Assembly: GCF_039654945.1 (NCBI RefSeq)
Contig: NW_027361695.1
Coordinates: forward strand, 3,968,001-4,032,000
DNA: 64,000 nucleotides
Reading direction: 5' to 3'
DNA from: Dendrobates tinctorius
Lineage: Eukaryota
The notes beneath the pieces were generated by a model. That model worked only from the letters and a program-made list of their open reading frames with translations, was not told the DNA's origin and did no database searches. Below, piece by piece: positions 36,631-48,851 of the stretch; position 1 is the first letter of the stretch; each line of letters starts with the position of its first letter. Position numbers and translations under genes: made by a program.

Positions 36631-38479
36631 GGAAAGTATAAAAACCCTGCTGTGGTGTTCACAATCCTCTTGCAATAGGACAAGCTGGATGGCAAAACAA
36701 GTGCTAGTGATAGCCCAAAAGTAATAGGATGAAAAAATAACTTTTAAGCATGCCAAAGGAGTTGAAAAGAAAAGTCTTGAGTGAGGAAAAGAAGGGCTCA
36801 ATTCTGGCTTTAATATCAGAGGGATACAGTGAGTGTCATGTTGCCTCCATCCTTAAATTTTCTAAGACGGCAGTCCATTACAACAAGGTCAAGCAGCAGA
36901 CATTGGGGACAACAAAGCTACAGACCGGCAGAGGGCGAGAACGACTCCACTGACCGGGAAGACTGTCATCTTATTCGAATGTCACTCAGCAACCGCAGGA
37001 TGACATCAAGTGACCTACAAAAGGAATGGCAAATGGCAGCTGGAGCGAAGTGCACTTTAAGAACAGTTTGTAACAGGCTCTTAGAGGCAGGGCTCAAGTA
37101 ATGTAAAGATAGAAAAAAGCCTTTCATAAATGAGAAGCAAAGGAGAGCCAGGCTGAAATTTGCCAGAGACCATAAGGATTGGCCCATAGAGGACTGGAGT
37201 AAGGTAATCTTCTCTGTTGAGTCTAATTTTCAGCTTTGCCCAACACCTGGTCGTCTAATGGTTAGAAGGAGACCTGGAGAGCCGTACAAGCCATAGTGTC
37301 TTGCACCCAGTGTGAAATTTGGTGGAGGATCGGTGATGATCTGGGGATGCTTCAGCAAGGCTGGAATTGGGCAGGTTTATCTTTGCAAAGGACGTATGAA
37401 ACAAGCCGCATACAAGGTTATCCTGGAAAACCAGTTGATTCCTTCTGCTCAGGCAATGTTCCCCAACTCTGAGGACCGGTTTTTCCAGCAGGAAAATGCA
37501 CCATGCCACACAGCTAGGTCATTCAATGTGTGGATGAAGGACCACCACATCAAAGCCCTGTCCTGGCCAGCCCAATCTCCAGACCTGAACCCCATTGAAA
37601 ACCTCTGGAATGTAATCAAGAGGAAGATGGATAGTCACAAGCCATCAGACAAAGAAGAACTGCTTACATTTGTGTACCAGGAGTGGCATAAGGTCTCCCA
37701 AAAGCCGTGAGAAAGACTGGTGGAAAGCAGCCAAGACGCATGAAAGCTGTGATTAACAATCATGGTTATTCCGCAAAATATTGATTTCTGAACTCTTCCT
37801 GAGGTAAAACATTAGTATTGTTGTTTCTAAAGGATTATGAACTTGTTTTCTTAGCATTATTTGAGGTCTGCATTTTTTTGTTATTTTGATCATTTCTCAT
37901 TTTCTGAAACTAAATACAAAGTTTATTGCTTGGAAATCCGGAGACATGTTGTCTGTAGTTTATAGACTAAAAGAGCAATTCACATTTAACTCAAAAATAT
38001 AAAGAGAAAAATCAGACTAAAGGAAAATTTGAGAGTGGTCTCTTAATTTTTGCCAGAGCTGTGTATATATATATGTTATTTTTGTTAGTATTGTTTCATT
38101 TTCTTTCTTTTTTACACCATTAAAAAAAAATGAACCCCTTTCTGACATCGGCTGTAATAGTACGCTGATGTCGGACTCCCACTGCTTGGTGTGGGCTCCG
38201 GCGCTTTCAGGGCACATGTCAGCTGATATATCCAGCTGACATGTGCCCTCAACAGCCATGGGTGGAATTGTGATTCACCCGCGGCTGTTAACTAGTTAAA
38301 AGCCGCTGTCAATTTCTGACAGTGGCATTAAGGGTGAGTGCACACAGTGCGGATTTGCAGGTAAAACTTGAGAAGAAAACCGTGGTGGTCGGTAAAGGGT
38401 TAACGAGCTGAACAACATTGTGTGACGGATTGTGAACGAAGATCGGATCGCATCGCATCCTGGACCCGACAAGTCTGAG

Positions 38480-38650
38480 CAATCTGCGCCGTGCGGTGAC
38501 GTCATCCGCGCCGACCTATCACGAGCCGCCCCGCCTCCCGTCCAAATAGGAGGCGGAAGCGGTGACGTCACGCGTGCCCGTTGCTATAGCAGCCGAGGCC
38601 GTGCGGCCTTGTCCAGGTGCCGTGAGTCAGCAGGGACGTAGGCAGTGACG
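38480..38650 (+). promoter_or_regulatory. CpG-island promoter of EIF4E3
   Basis: Two full CREs TGACGTCA (38497-38504, 38563-38570), GC box near 38529, ETS GCGGAAG near 38553, RFX-like GTTGCTATAGCAGC at 38580-38593. Confidence 0.7.
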
Positions 38651-38692
38651 ATGGCGGCCTGGGCGGGGCGTCAGCGGCGCGTCCACAGGAAG

Positions 38693-38862
38693 ATGGCGCT
38701 CCCCGCGGGTCCGGACCGGCGGCAGCAGCTGAAGTCTGACAGCGACGAGCAGCTGCACCTGAACCATCACCGGACCGAGCAGCTCACCGGCCTGGAGCTG
38801 CCGCAGCACCCGGACTCTGAGGGCGTCCCGCTCAGCTCCCCGTGGACCTTCTGGCTGGACAG
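38693..38862 (+). CDS. EIF4E3: eIF4E3 coding exon 1
   Basis: MALPAGPDRR...VPLSSPWTFWLD-AG|GTAC; strong Kozak context; alternative in-frame ATG at 38651. Confidence 0.9.
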
Positions 38863-39189
38863 GTACCGGGGGCCGCTGCTGTGGGGGCAGGGAGGGAGCG
38901 CGCCGCCGCCGCCGCCGCTCGTCTGTCCTGTCAGCCGGGGGTTCACCCCCTGGAGCCTGGACCCGCCGCCCTTCCCCCGGTATCTACATCCTCCCGCTCC
39001 CGGTCACCGGCTGCTGTTTCTGTTCTTGTGATTTTTTCAAGATCCCTTCCGTCTTGTTAGTTTTCATTTTCTCATTAACCCCTTCCTGCTGGGGTCACAA
39101 TGCGGCGTTGTCTTTTTCTCGGCTTGTGTTTTTGGTTCATTTTATTTATTTTTTAAATAATGAAGAGAGGGAGGGAAAAAAGTATACTG

Positions 39190-41535
39190 GAGGCGAGAGC
39201 GGCGGCCAGCGGGGTGGGCGTCTATCGAGAGGCGAGAGCGGCGGCCAGCGGGGTGGGCGTCTATCGAGAGGCGAGAGCGGCGGCCAGCGGGGTGGGCGTC
39301 TATCGAGCGGCGGCCAGCGGGGTGGGTGTCTATCGGGAGGCGAGAGCGGCGGCCAGCGGGGTGGGTGTCTATCGGGAGGCGAGAGCGGCGGCCAGCGGGG
39401 TGGGCGTCTATCGAGAGGCGAGAGCGGCGGCCAGCGGGGTGGGCGTCTATCGAGCGGCGGCCAGCGGGGTGGGCGTCTATCGAGCGGCGGCCAGCGGGGT
39501 GGGCGTCTATCGGGAGGCGAGAGCGGCGGCCAGCGGGGTGGGCATCTATCGAGAGGCGAGAGCGGCGGCCAGCGGGGTGGGCGTCTATCGAGAGGCGAGA
39601 GCGGCGGCCAGCGGGGTGGGCGTCTATCGAGAGGCGAGAGCGGCGGCCAGCGGGGTGGGCGTCTATCGAGAGGCGAGAGCGGCGGCCAGCGGGGTGGGCG
39701 TCTATCGAGAGGCGAGAGCGGCGGCCAGCGGGGTGGGCGTCTATTGAGAGGCGGCCAGCGGGGTGGGCGTCTATCGAGCGGCGGCCAGCGGGGTGGGTGT
39801 CTATCGGGAGGCGAGAGCGGCGGCCAGCGGGGTGGGTGTCTATCGGGAGGCGAGAGCGGCGGCCAGCGGGGTGGGTGTCTATCGGGAGGCGAGAGCGGCG
39901 GCGCGGGGGTGGGTGTCTATCGGGAGGCGAGAGCGGCGGCGCGGGGGTGGGTGTCTATCGGGAGGCGAGAGCGGCGGCGCGGGGGTGGGTGTCTATCGGG
40001 AGGCGAGAGCGACGGCGTGGGGGTCTATCGGGAGGCGAGAGCGACGGCGCGCGGGGGGGGGGGTCTATCGGGAGGCGAGAGCGGCGGCCAGTGGGGTGGG
40101 CGTCTATCGAGAGGCGAGAGCGGCGGCCAGCGGGGTGGGCGTCTATCGAGCGGCGGCCAGCGGGGTGGGCGTCTATCGAGAGGCGAGAGCGGCGGCCAGC
40201 GGGGTGGGTGTCTATCGGGAGGCGAGAGCGGCGGCCAGCGGGGTGGGTGTCTATCGGGAGGCGAGAGCGGCGGCGCGGGGGTGGGTGTCTATCGGGAGGC
40301 GAGAGCGGCGGCGCGGGGGTGGGTGTCTATCGGGAGGCGAGAGCGACGGCGTGGGGGTCTATCGGGAGGCGAGAGCGACGGCGCGCGGGGGTGGGTGTCT
40401 ATCGGGAGGCGAGAGCGGCGGCGCGCGGGGGTGGGTGTCTATCGGGAGGCGAGAGCGGCGGCGCGCGGGGGTGGGTGTCTATCGGGAGGCGAGAGCGGCG
40501 GGGGTGGGTGTCTATCGGGAGGCGAGAGCGGCGGCGCGCGGGGGTGGGTGTCTATCGGGAGGCGAGAGCGGCGGCGCGCGGGGGTGGGTGTCTATCGGGA
40601 GGCGAGAGCGGCGGCGCGCGGGGGTGGGTGTCTATCGGGAGGCGAGAGCGGCGGCCAGTGGGGTGGGCGTCTATCGAGAGGCGAGAGCGGCGGCCAGCGG
40701 GGTGGGCGTCTATCGAGAGGCGAGAGCGGCGGCCAGCGGGGTGGGCGTCTATCGAGCGGCGGCCAGCGGGGTGGGCGTCTATCGGGAGGCGAGAGCGGCG
40801 GCCAGCGGGGTGGGTGTCTATCGGGAGGCGAGAGCGGCGGCGCGGGGGTGGGTGTCTATCGGGAGGCGAGAGCGGCGGCGCGCGGGGGTGGGTGTCTATC
40901 GGGAGGCGAGAGCGGCGGCGCGCGGGGGTGGGTGTCTATCGGGAGGCGAGAGCGGCGGGGCGCGGGGGTGGGTGTCTATCGGGAGGCGAGAGCGGCGGCG
41001 CGCGGGGGTGGGTGTCTATCGGGAGGCGAGAGCGGCGGCGCGCGGGGGTGGGTGTCTATCGGGAGGCGAGAGCGGCGGCGCGCGGGGGTGGGTGTCTATC
41101 GGGAGGCGAGAGCGGCGGCGCGCGGGGGTGGGTGTCTATCGGGAGGCGAGAGCGGCGGCGCGCGGGGGTGGGTGTCTATCGGGAGGCGAGAGCGGCGGCG
41201 CGCGGGGGTGGGTGTCTATCGGGAGGCGAGAGCGGCCGTCCATGGGGGGGGTGTATCGAGAGGCGAGAGCGGCCGTCCATGGGGGGGGGTGTATCGAGAG
41301 GCGAGAGCGGCCGTCCATGGGGGGGGGTGTATCGAGAGGCGAGAGCGGCCGTCCATGGGGGGGGGTGTATCGAGAGGCGAGAGCGGCCGTCCATGGGGGG
41401 GGGGTGTATCGAGAGGCGAGAGCGGCCGTCCATGGGGGGGGGGTGTATCGAGAGGCGAGAGCGGCCGTCCATGGGGGGGGGGTGTATCGAGAGGCGAGAG
41501 CGGCCGTCCATGGGGGGGGTGTATCGAGAGGCGAG
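39190..41535. repeat. GC-rich 38-40-bp minisatellite in EIF4E3 intron 1
   Basis: Tandem GAGGCGAGAGCGGCGGCCAGCGGGGTGGGCGTCTATCG(A) and variants. Confidence 0.95.
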
Positions 41536-43242
41536 CTGTAGTGTCTGGGGTACATATAATGGTTTCATCACTTCTCATCGCATTTTTTTGGGAGAGGAGG
41601 GAATGTCACCCCCCCAATAAAGACTACATATTTTTTTTTGCCCCCTTTTAGATGACTTGCCTCTGCTTATAGTGTATAGTGAATTTGGCTTTCTTCCTTG
41701 TGCCTCGTAGGAGGATGGAGACGGTGGTGATGAAGCCTTCTATAGGCCCGCGGCATTTCTAATGTTCTCACTGCTCAGGGGGTACGTGCAGTAAGCGCTG
41801 CGGGTGGGACACTGTGTAACTTGTCCAGCCCGCAGCAGCCAAATGTTTCAGCGCAGTGGATGGGATTTCAAAGTGCTGTCACTTTCGGATACCCTTTAGA
41901 TCAATTTTTTTTTTTTTTTTTTCCCCTACTTGTATTGCGATCACTGGGCCTTGGTGACGCTTTATCCGTTGTCATGCGATTCTCCTGCCGTCGTTGGATG
42001 TCTCTTTATGGTTCCAGCACCTGAGTACGGGGCGGGGGGGGGGGGGGCGGTATTGTAGTCAGATGGCCAATAAGATGTCACAAAAATGGTGATTGTGTGA
42101 AGTTTGAGGATGATATGATGCAATTAAAATTCAAAAAGGTTTTCTTTAACTAGTGAGTTTTCACTTTTCTATGGTGAGTCCAGATCCCTTGGAAGGAGTG
42201 GGGGGGGGGGGGTGCGCTATGATAGGCCGACCTCATTGACCTAAACGTTCCCGCGCCCCTGACACGACCATTAGCCGAACTCCTCCCAGCCATTCTTCTT
42301 CTCTGATAGATATAACTGGGGCTCCTTACGGAGGGTCCGGTAATTCGTCCTCCCAGGATATTACTCTCATTGCATAATACTTTGAGGTTTTGAAAACCTT
42401 TATGACATATCCTGATCCGCAAAGTATAATTACAGACTGACTAGAAATAACCCACGCACCGCTGGCATCTCTCCAGCTGTACGTAGTCTCGGTGCCTGTG
42501 TGCTGCGTCACCCTGTGCCCATGCTCCGGAGCCTCGCACGGACCGTGCCTCGGTGATACCATCTTTTTATTTATTTATTTTTTTGTGGGGCAAGTTTTGA
42601 CCAGACGCTTGGAATTGGGCTTCTGTAGAGGAGACAAGTGACTTCTATTTGGTTTACCTGTCAGCCCCCTAAAAAGAGCATTGTGAAGTGTGGGTGGCGT
42701 TTTGTCATGTGGTAACTAGTCACAAAAAGCCCAACACTCGTCCCTGGAAGGTTCCTCCATGATTAATGGTGCGTGTAGGGTATTGGCACACAACGTATTG
42801 ATGCTGCTGTACCCGCTGAACTTTGCAAGCAGAAAACTTCTAGGGAACATGCTGACTGGGTTATTCCTGAAACGTCTTTATTTTTTGCTGTGGCCTCAAC
42901 ATTGTGGTGTTTGTCTTCTACCTGTATGAATCCAAGTGGAAGCCGCCTGAAGAATGGCCTATTTATTTAATTTCTTTTTACTTGCTTGTAGAACAGTTTT
43001 TTAACTTTGTGGTAACCTAGGATTCTAAACAAAGACCAGGTGCCACACAATGGTTCATCTCAATTTACAGTTTTATTAAATACAATACACAATGATACAT
43101 GATTAAAAAGAAGGTGCCGGACCAATGAAAGAGACCCATAATTAAGGAAGCACAACACTGAGAATATTTTGCAAAAAGGCATTTCCATATGAGAAGAAAT
43201 ATCCGATGTAAAACTAGGGAAGTGTTGCCTACTGTTAAATAA

Positions 43243-44554
43243 CACAGGTCAACGAAAAAAAATTTTTTTTCTGGTGTCCAAAATATTTTAATGAATTTGG
43301 GGTATTTTTGGGGTGCTGATTCTGAATATGTCATCAGTTTTGCCAGATTGGCTCAAGTTTTTGAGATTTTTGGTATCTTATTTATAGCACTTGTTGGTAA
43401 ATGCGACGCATCATCTCATTAATTTCTTTGGATTAGTACTTGAACTGAGCAGTTCTCAATATAGTTTTGTGTTAATTAGTGTTCTAAAAGTTTGTTCATA
43501 GCTTGATTTTTGCACTAACTTTATGTTGTTGTCTGTTTTCCAGTGAAAAGCATGAACTCATCATGAAGAAGTTGTCTTAACGATCCAGACTCATTCTGTT
43601 ACATTTGTGGTGAATATACACTGCCAAAACATAGAAGAAACATAACACACTTCGTAAAAAAAGTGTATTTTGCCTATTTTGGGGTTATGCTTGGGGACCA
43701 AGACAAGTTTTGGGCACCACACATAGTGTGCAAAGCATGTATCGAATTATTACGAAAATGGAGCAAAGGACAAAGAAAAAGCTTCAAATTTGGTGTTCCA
43801 ATGGTGTGGAGAGAGCCAAAAAATCATCATGATGACTGTTATTTCTGTGCAGTGCAAGTGCAAGGATTCAATAAGCATAAGAAACGAAAATGGGAGTAAC
43901 ATGGAATCTGCAAGAAGGCCTGTCCCTCATTGTGAAGATGTGCCTGTACCTGTGTTTACCATAAATAACAGTCATCATGATGATTTTTTGGCTCTCTCCA
44001 CACCATTGGAACACCAAATTTGAAGCTTTTTCTTTGTCCTTTGCTCCATTTTCGTAATAATTCGATACATGCTTTGCACACTATGTGTGGTGCCCAAAAC
44101 TTGTCTTGGTCCCCAAGCATAACCCCAAAATAGGCAAAATACACTTTTTTTACGAAGTCTGTTATGTTTTTTCTATGTTTTGGCAGTGTGTATTCACCAC
44201 AAATGTAACAGAATGAGTCTGGATCGTTAAGACAACTTCTTCATGATGAGTTCATGCTTTTCACTGGAAAACAGACAACAACATAAAGTTAGTGCAAAAA
44301 TCAAGCTATGAACAAACTTTTAGAACACTAATTAACACAAAACTATATTGAGAACTGCTCAGTTCAAGTACTAATCCAAAGAAATTAATGAGATGATGCG
44401 TCGCATTTACCAACAAGTGCTATAAATAAGATACCAAAAATCTCAAAAACTTGAGCCAATCTGGCAAAACTGATGACATATTCAGAATCAGCACCCCAAA
44501 AATACCCTAAATTCGATGAAATATCTTTGGCACCAAAAATGCTGTTGACCAGTG
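43243..44554. mobile_element. Fold-back non-autonomous Chapaev3-like (CMC) DNA transposon
   Basis: CAC(A/T)GGTCAAC termini, 3-bp TSD TAA; both arms encode the transposase N-terminus (NDPDSFCYICGEY, GDQDKFWAPHIVC, PMVWREPKNHHDDCY); family call is from recall, not a search. Confidence 0.8.
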
Positions 44555-44614
44555 TAATAGATCGCCTAAGTGGGGGGGGGGTTAATGCCAAGTGGGCATT
44601 CTTGTGAGGCTCAG

Positions 44615-44880
44615 ATTGCTTGTATAACACCATTAATTCTACAGCACGTTTCAGTCATTATCATCTCTGCCCCCATTGGGGCTCACAATCTAGACTCCCT
44701 ATCAGTAGGTCTCTGGAATGTGGGAGGAACCCGGAGGAAACCCCCGCAAACACGGGGAGAACATACAAACTCTTTGCAGATGTTGTCCTTGGTGGGATTT
44801 GAACCCAGGACTCCAGCGCTGCAAGGCTACAGTGTTAACCACCGAGCAACTGTGTGCTAACCGCTGAGCCGCTGTGGTGT
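44615..44880 (-). mobile_element. tRNA-derived SINE (V-SINE-like)
   Basis: Reverse complement of the SINE at 45066-45330; A/B boxes and GAGTTTGTATGTTCTCCC core. Confidence 0.8.
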
Positions 44881-45065
44881 TCTGACACCTATAACAGCTT
44901 CCTGTCTTTACAAATGTGAAGCTTTTACAAGAAGCTCTAAAGCCTGATCGTGTAAATGGCAAAGGCTCTACCCAAAAGATCCTTCTCGGCAGCAGTCTTG
45001 TGTAAACAGGACCTGTGCTGCTGAGAACAATAACAGGGTGCACGGTGCCAGGGATTATAGGTTAT

Positions 45066-45330
45066 GGTGGCACGGTGGCTCAGTGGTTAGCACTGCAGCG
45101 CTGGGGTCCTGGTTTCAAATCCCACCAAGGGCAACATCTGCAAGGAGTTTGTATGTTCTCCCTGTGTTTGCGGGGGTTTCCTCTGGGGTCTCCACTTTCT
45201 TCCCACATTCCAAAGACATCCTGATGGGGAATCTAGAGTGTGAGCCCCATCGGGACAGTGACAATAATGTCTGTAAAGCGCTGTGGAATTAATGGTGCTA
45301 TATAAATGAGTAAAATAAATAAATAGATTC
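45066..45330 (+). mobile_element. tRNA-derived SINE (V-SINE-like)
   Basis: A box TGGCTCAGTGG, B-box-like GGTTTCAAATCC, GGAGTTTGTATGTTCTCCC core, (TAAA)n tail. Confidence 0.85.
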
Positions 45331-45475
45331 AATGTTTGCTAAACAGTCAAGAAGCATTGCCTGGCTTAGAAGACCCCCTGCTTCTGTCTCCAGAAGGTGT
45401 GAAACAAGTGGTCCGTAGCCTACAGGTGTCATTATCTCCCATCACATGAGACTGATTTTGATTCTCTGTCAGTAA

Positions 45476-45893
45476 GGATTCCGTTACACTAAGCGACGCA
45501 CCAGCGATCCCGACAACGGTACGACCTGGTAAGGATCGCTGGTGGGTCGCTAGTGAGCTGACAAACAGGCAGATCTACTCAACGATGCGGCGATTCGTGT
45601 AACGACCTCAGCGGTTGTTGGAACCTTGTCACACAGCAGCTATTCTGACGACTCCCGCCTGCGTCCATGAGTTCTGCGTCGCCAACGAGGTCGCTCGTCG
45701 GCGTCATACGCAGCGATGCACGCTGGCCAGCGGGACACCAGCGATGGGGGGGGGAAATGGCCCAGGACATGCAAGCACGATCAGCGATATCCAGGGGGGG
45801 GGGGACGGTCGCCGCTATGTCACACGTAACGAGATCGCTGTTGCGTCACATAATCGGTGGCGCAACAGCGATCTCGCTATGTGAGACCGGGCC
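45476..45893. mobile_element. Harbinger-type MITE (AGCGAT-rich)
   Basis: GGATTCCGTTACACTAAGCGA / TCGCTATGTGAGACCGGGCC; inverted relative to 46867-47248. Confidence 0.7.
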
Positions 45894-46866
45894 TTTAGAG
45901 GAAGGGGTGCACAGTCACCTGCAAAGATCTTTTATAAAGCTGCAATGTAAATGTGGTAGTCTAGTGCTTTCCTCCGGTGCTTGACTGTAGTATTCATCTG
46001 GACCCCTCGGACAAGGGAGGAGCTCTTTAATCTTCAAATCTGGTACAGCATAGTGCACATAATGCCATAATTTGTCAGGTGTCTTCCCTGACCTGTGGCT
46101 ATTGCACCTGGTCACTACTGGCCCATCCTGTGACATCACCCTTCCTGTCTTCATTGCTCTGACCATAGAGGTGCAGCCCCCCCCCCCCCTTATCTTCAGT
46201 GCGGAGGTGGAAGACCTGTGTAATGGTAAAGCGGAGCAATCAGCTGGGTGACTGACTGCAGTGATAACCCAGGGAAGAAAGATGCGCCGCTTTGCAAAAT
46301 ATACCCCCTTGAAAATGGTGTTTAAGTGGGGAAGCTCTTCAAAGGTTTCCCTTGCAGTGCCCATCTGGTGAAGGTGGCCTTACAAGTAATGTTTCCTAGG
46401 AGAAACATTAGGAAGGAAGTCGTCCCTAGTGCTTTGTAGTAAGGAGAGCCACCCTGTCAGAGTCCACTGAAAAACTCTGAAATATGACGAAACCTGTCAG
46501 TCCGGCACTTGGCTGATTATATCCAGTTGTGTTTTAAGTCTGACATTCACGTATAGGGTAGAAACCTATAAGTGGTACAGGAGACGACGTCTTCCTTCTG
46601 GAGGAGAGCTAACTTGCGAAAGATGAAATAACGAAAGTTGTTTTTACGTCTAATCTAGTGAAGTTCAGAGGTTATATCCAAGAACAGAAGTTCTATTGTT
46701 GGGATAATATATTTTTGTATTTATTATTTTTTTAATACTTTGCACATTGCTGTGTTCCTCCTGGAAATGTAAACCTGAGTTGCTATCTAGGGAGCGGTCT
46801 TTTCACATTAATCAGAACTGACCCATAGCTTTGACTTGGGACTGTTAACACGCAGCTGCTATCTTA

Positions 46867-47248
46867 TGCCCCCGTCTCACATAGCGAGATCGCTGTTACA
46901 TCACTGATTTTGTGACGCAACAGCGATCTCGCTACGTGTGACAAATAGCAGTGATCGGGCCCCTGCTGCGATGTCGCTGATCGTGCTCGAATGTCTTGGG
47001 CCATTTTTTTGGATCGCTGGTGTCCCGCTGGCCAGCATGCATCGCTGTGTTTGACAGGGACAACGACGACCGACCTCAATACTACAGGTCCGAGACAGAG
47101 TCCCAACGACCGTCGTATCGTTCTGTATCATTGCTGTGTCGCTGTTGAGATCTGCCTGTTTGACATCTCACCAGCGACGTGCCAGCGATCCCTACTAGGT
47201 CGCATCGTTGTCGGGATCGCTGGTGCGTCGCCAAGTGTGACGGTACCC
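46867..47248. mobile_element. Harbinger-type MITE (AGCGAT-rich)
   Basis: TTA flanks; GCCCCCGTCTCACATAGCGA / TCGCCAAGTGTGACGGTACCC. Confidence 0.7.
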
Positions 47249-48069
47249 TTAGTCATGCTTTTTCCAGGAGGAACAATGGAGTAACCACACAATGCAAGAC
47301 GTTAAGCGCTGATCCAGAATCGGCATGGGAGGTATGCAAGTATGTCAGAAGAGGTGATGACTCCACTTTGTGTAATGACCTTGTTGATTACTTGGTGACC
47401 TTGTTGTACAGCAACATGTTCCTGGCAGCGTCCTCCGCAGGATTGTTTACTTGTCCTCTAGAGTGGTGTCACTCGCTCAGTGATGGGATGAATGCTGCTT
47501 CTCTTGTGCTGGCGTCACATTTTTTTTTTTTTTTTTCTTCTTACTTGAGGAGCTTTACCTCCGCTCCTTACAAGATCTGCTCATAGCAACTGCTTGAACT
47601 CGGAGCAGCTCCATGACCATCGTGGTCCTTCTGTACCGAGCCCCCACTGGGGGAAATGTTCCCATTACTTCGTACATTGCCCGGCTTATCTTTTGAAGGA
47701 TATGGATACTTCGAATCTGGAGGCAACCCCCTTTTTTTTTTTTTTTTTTTTTTTCCTGTCTTTCTGAATTGACCAAAGACCATATGGAAGTTGAGCTGAA
47801 CTTTGTTGTGGTCATAACTCTGCTGGGACGCTCAGTTATCAAGGTCTTTTCATAGCCCTCCTTATCTGTGATCTGTGTGTGAGGGACGTTGGGAGGGAAT
47901 CTCGCAAGACTGTCCGCAGAGCCCATAATCTGTTTGGTCTTGTGTCTCCTACCAGCATTGTCCCCGGCACTTATGGCGCTGATGTGAGGTTCAGCCAAGT
48001 CCAGGAGCTTAGTCTTTGCTGACCTGATACATTCCCATATACCTGTAATGTTTTGGCTTCTCTCCGCAG

Positions 48070-48142
48070 ATCTCTCCCCGGAACGACTGCCGCAGAATGC
48101 GAATCCAACCTGAAGAAAATCTACACCGTGCAGACAATCCAG
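48070..48142 (+). CDS. EIF4E3: eIF4E3 coding exon 2
   Basis: CCGCAG acceptor; [24 protein letters not shown]; GTAAC donor; carries the class III Cys in place of eIF4E1 Trp56. Confidence 0.96.
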
Positions 48143-48292
48143 GTAACATGGGCACGAGGGATAAGGGGGTATCAAGGGCACGCTGTCTGATACCTGTGAA
48201 GGAACATGGCGAAACCAATTTTGGGGTCTCGGGAGCTTCCGGTTGTACTTTTTCCTGGGACACAACGGTCTTCTCCTTTTGTTCTCTTGCAG

Positions 48293-48387
48293 AGTTTTTG
48301 GAGTGTGTATAACAATATCCCCCCAGTGACAAACCTACCTCTAAGATGTAGCTACCACTTAATGAGGGGCGAGCGGAAACCACTATG
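48293..48387 (+). CDS. EIF4E3: eIF4E3 coding exon 3
   Basis: TTGCAG acceptor; [31 protein letters not shown](W); GTAAGC donor. Confidence 0.96.
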
Positions 48388-48514
48388 GTAAGCTAGAACA
48401 AGCGGCATTTAAAGGGTTATTCCAGTGTTAACAGATGTTTAGAAAGTGCTTGAGACAATTAATCCTTACAGCTTGTTGCTTAGGTCACCAGCCACCCTGG
48501 AGGTGCCCGAATAA

Positions 48515-48851
48515 GGGTGTGTGCACACGCTGCGGATCCACAGCGGATTTGGCCCTGTGGATCCGCAGCAGTTCCACAGACTCGTGTTGTACAGTACAAT
48601 GTTAGCCAATGGGATTTCAAATCCGCTGTGCACATGCTGTGGACTTTTCTGCGGTTTTAAATCCGCAGCATGTCAATTCTTTCTGCGGATTCCGCAGCGG
48701 TTTGCCACCTGCTCCATTGTCCAGGTGTCAATCCGCAGGGGAACACCGCAGGCAAATCCGCAGGTAAACCGCAGGTCACTTTACTTGCGGTTTTACTTGC
48801 AAATCCGCGTGGAAAAATCCGCAGGTGAATCCCCAGCGTGTGCACTTGCCC
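48515..48851. mobile_element. Harbinger-type MITE in EIF4E3 intron 3
   Basis: GGGTGTGTGCACACGCTG / CAGCGTGTGCACTTGCCC; TAA on both sides. Confidence 0.8.

Larger units (their letters stand above)
33646..38061 (+). mobile_element. Tc1 transposon (second family), degenerate, interrupted by an LTR element
   Basis: TIRs CAGTTCTGGAAAAATTAAGAGACCAC / GTGGTCTCTTAATTTTTGCCAGAGCTG; fragmented transposase from 36750 ([34 protein letters not shown]). Confidence 0.9.

Noticed and set aside
39054-41651. ORFs of 865, 764 and 592 aa as Gly/Arg-rich protein genes
   Set aside because: All three frames are open because the minisatellite unit lacks stop codons; they lie in EIF4E3 intron 1 and have no unique domain
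45066-45135. tRNA gene
   Set aside because: It is the tRNA-derived head of a SINE, continues into the SINE core and tail, and has no complete cloverleaf
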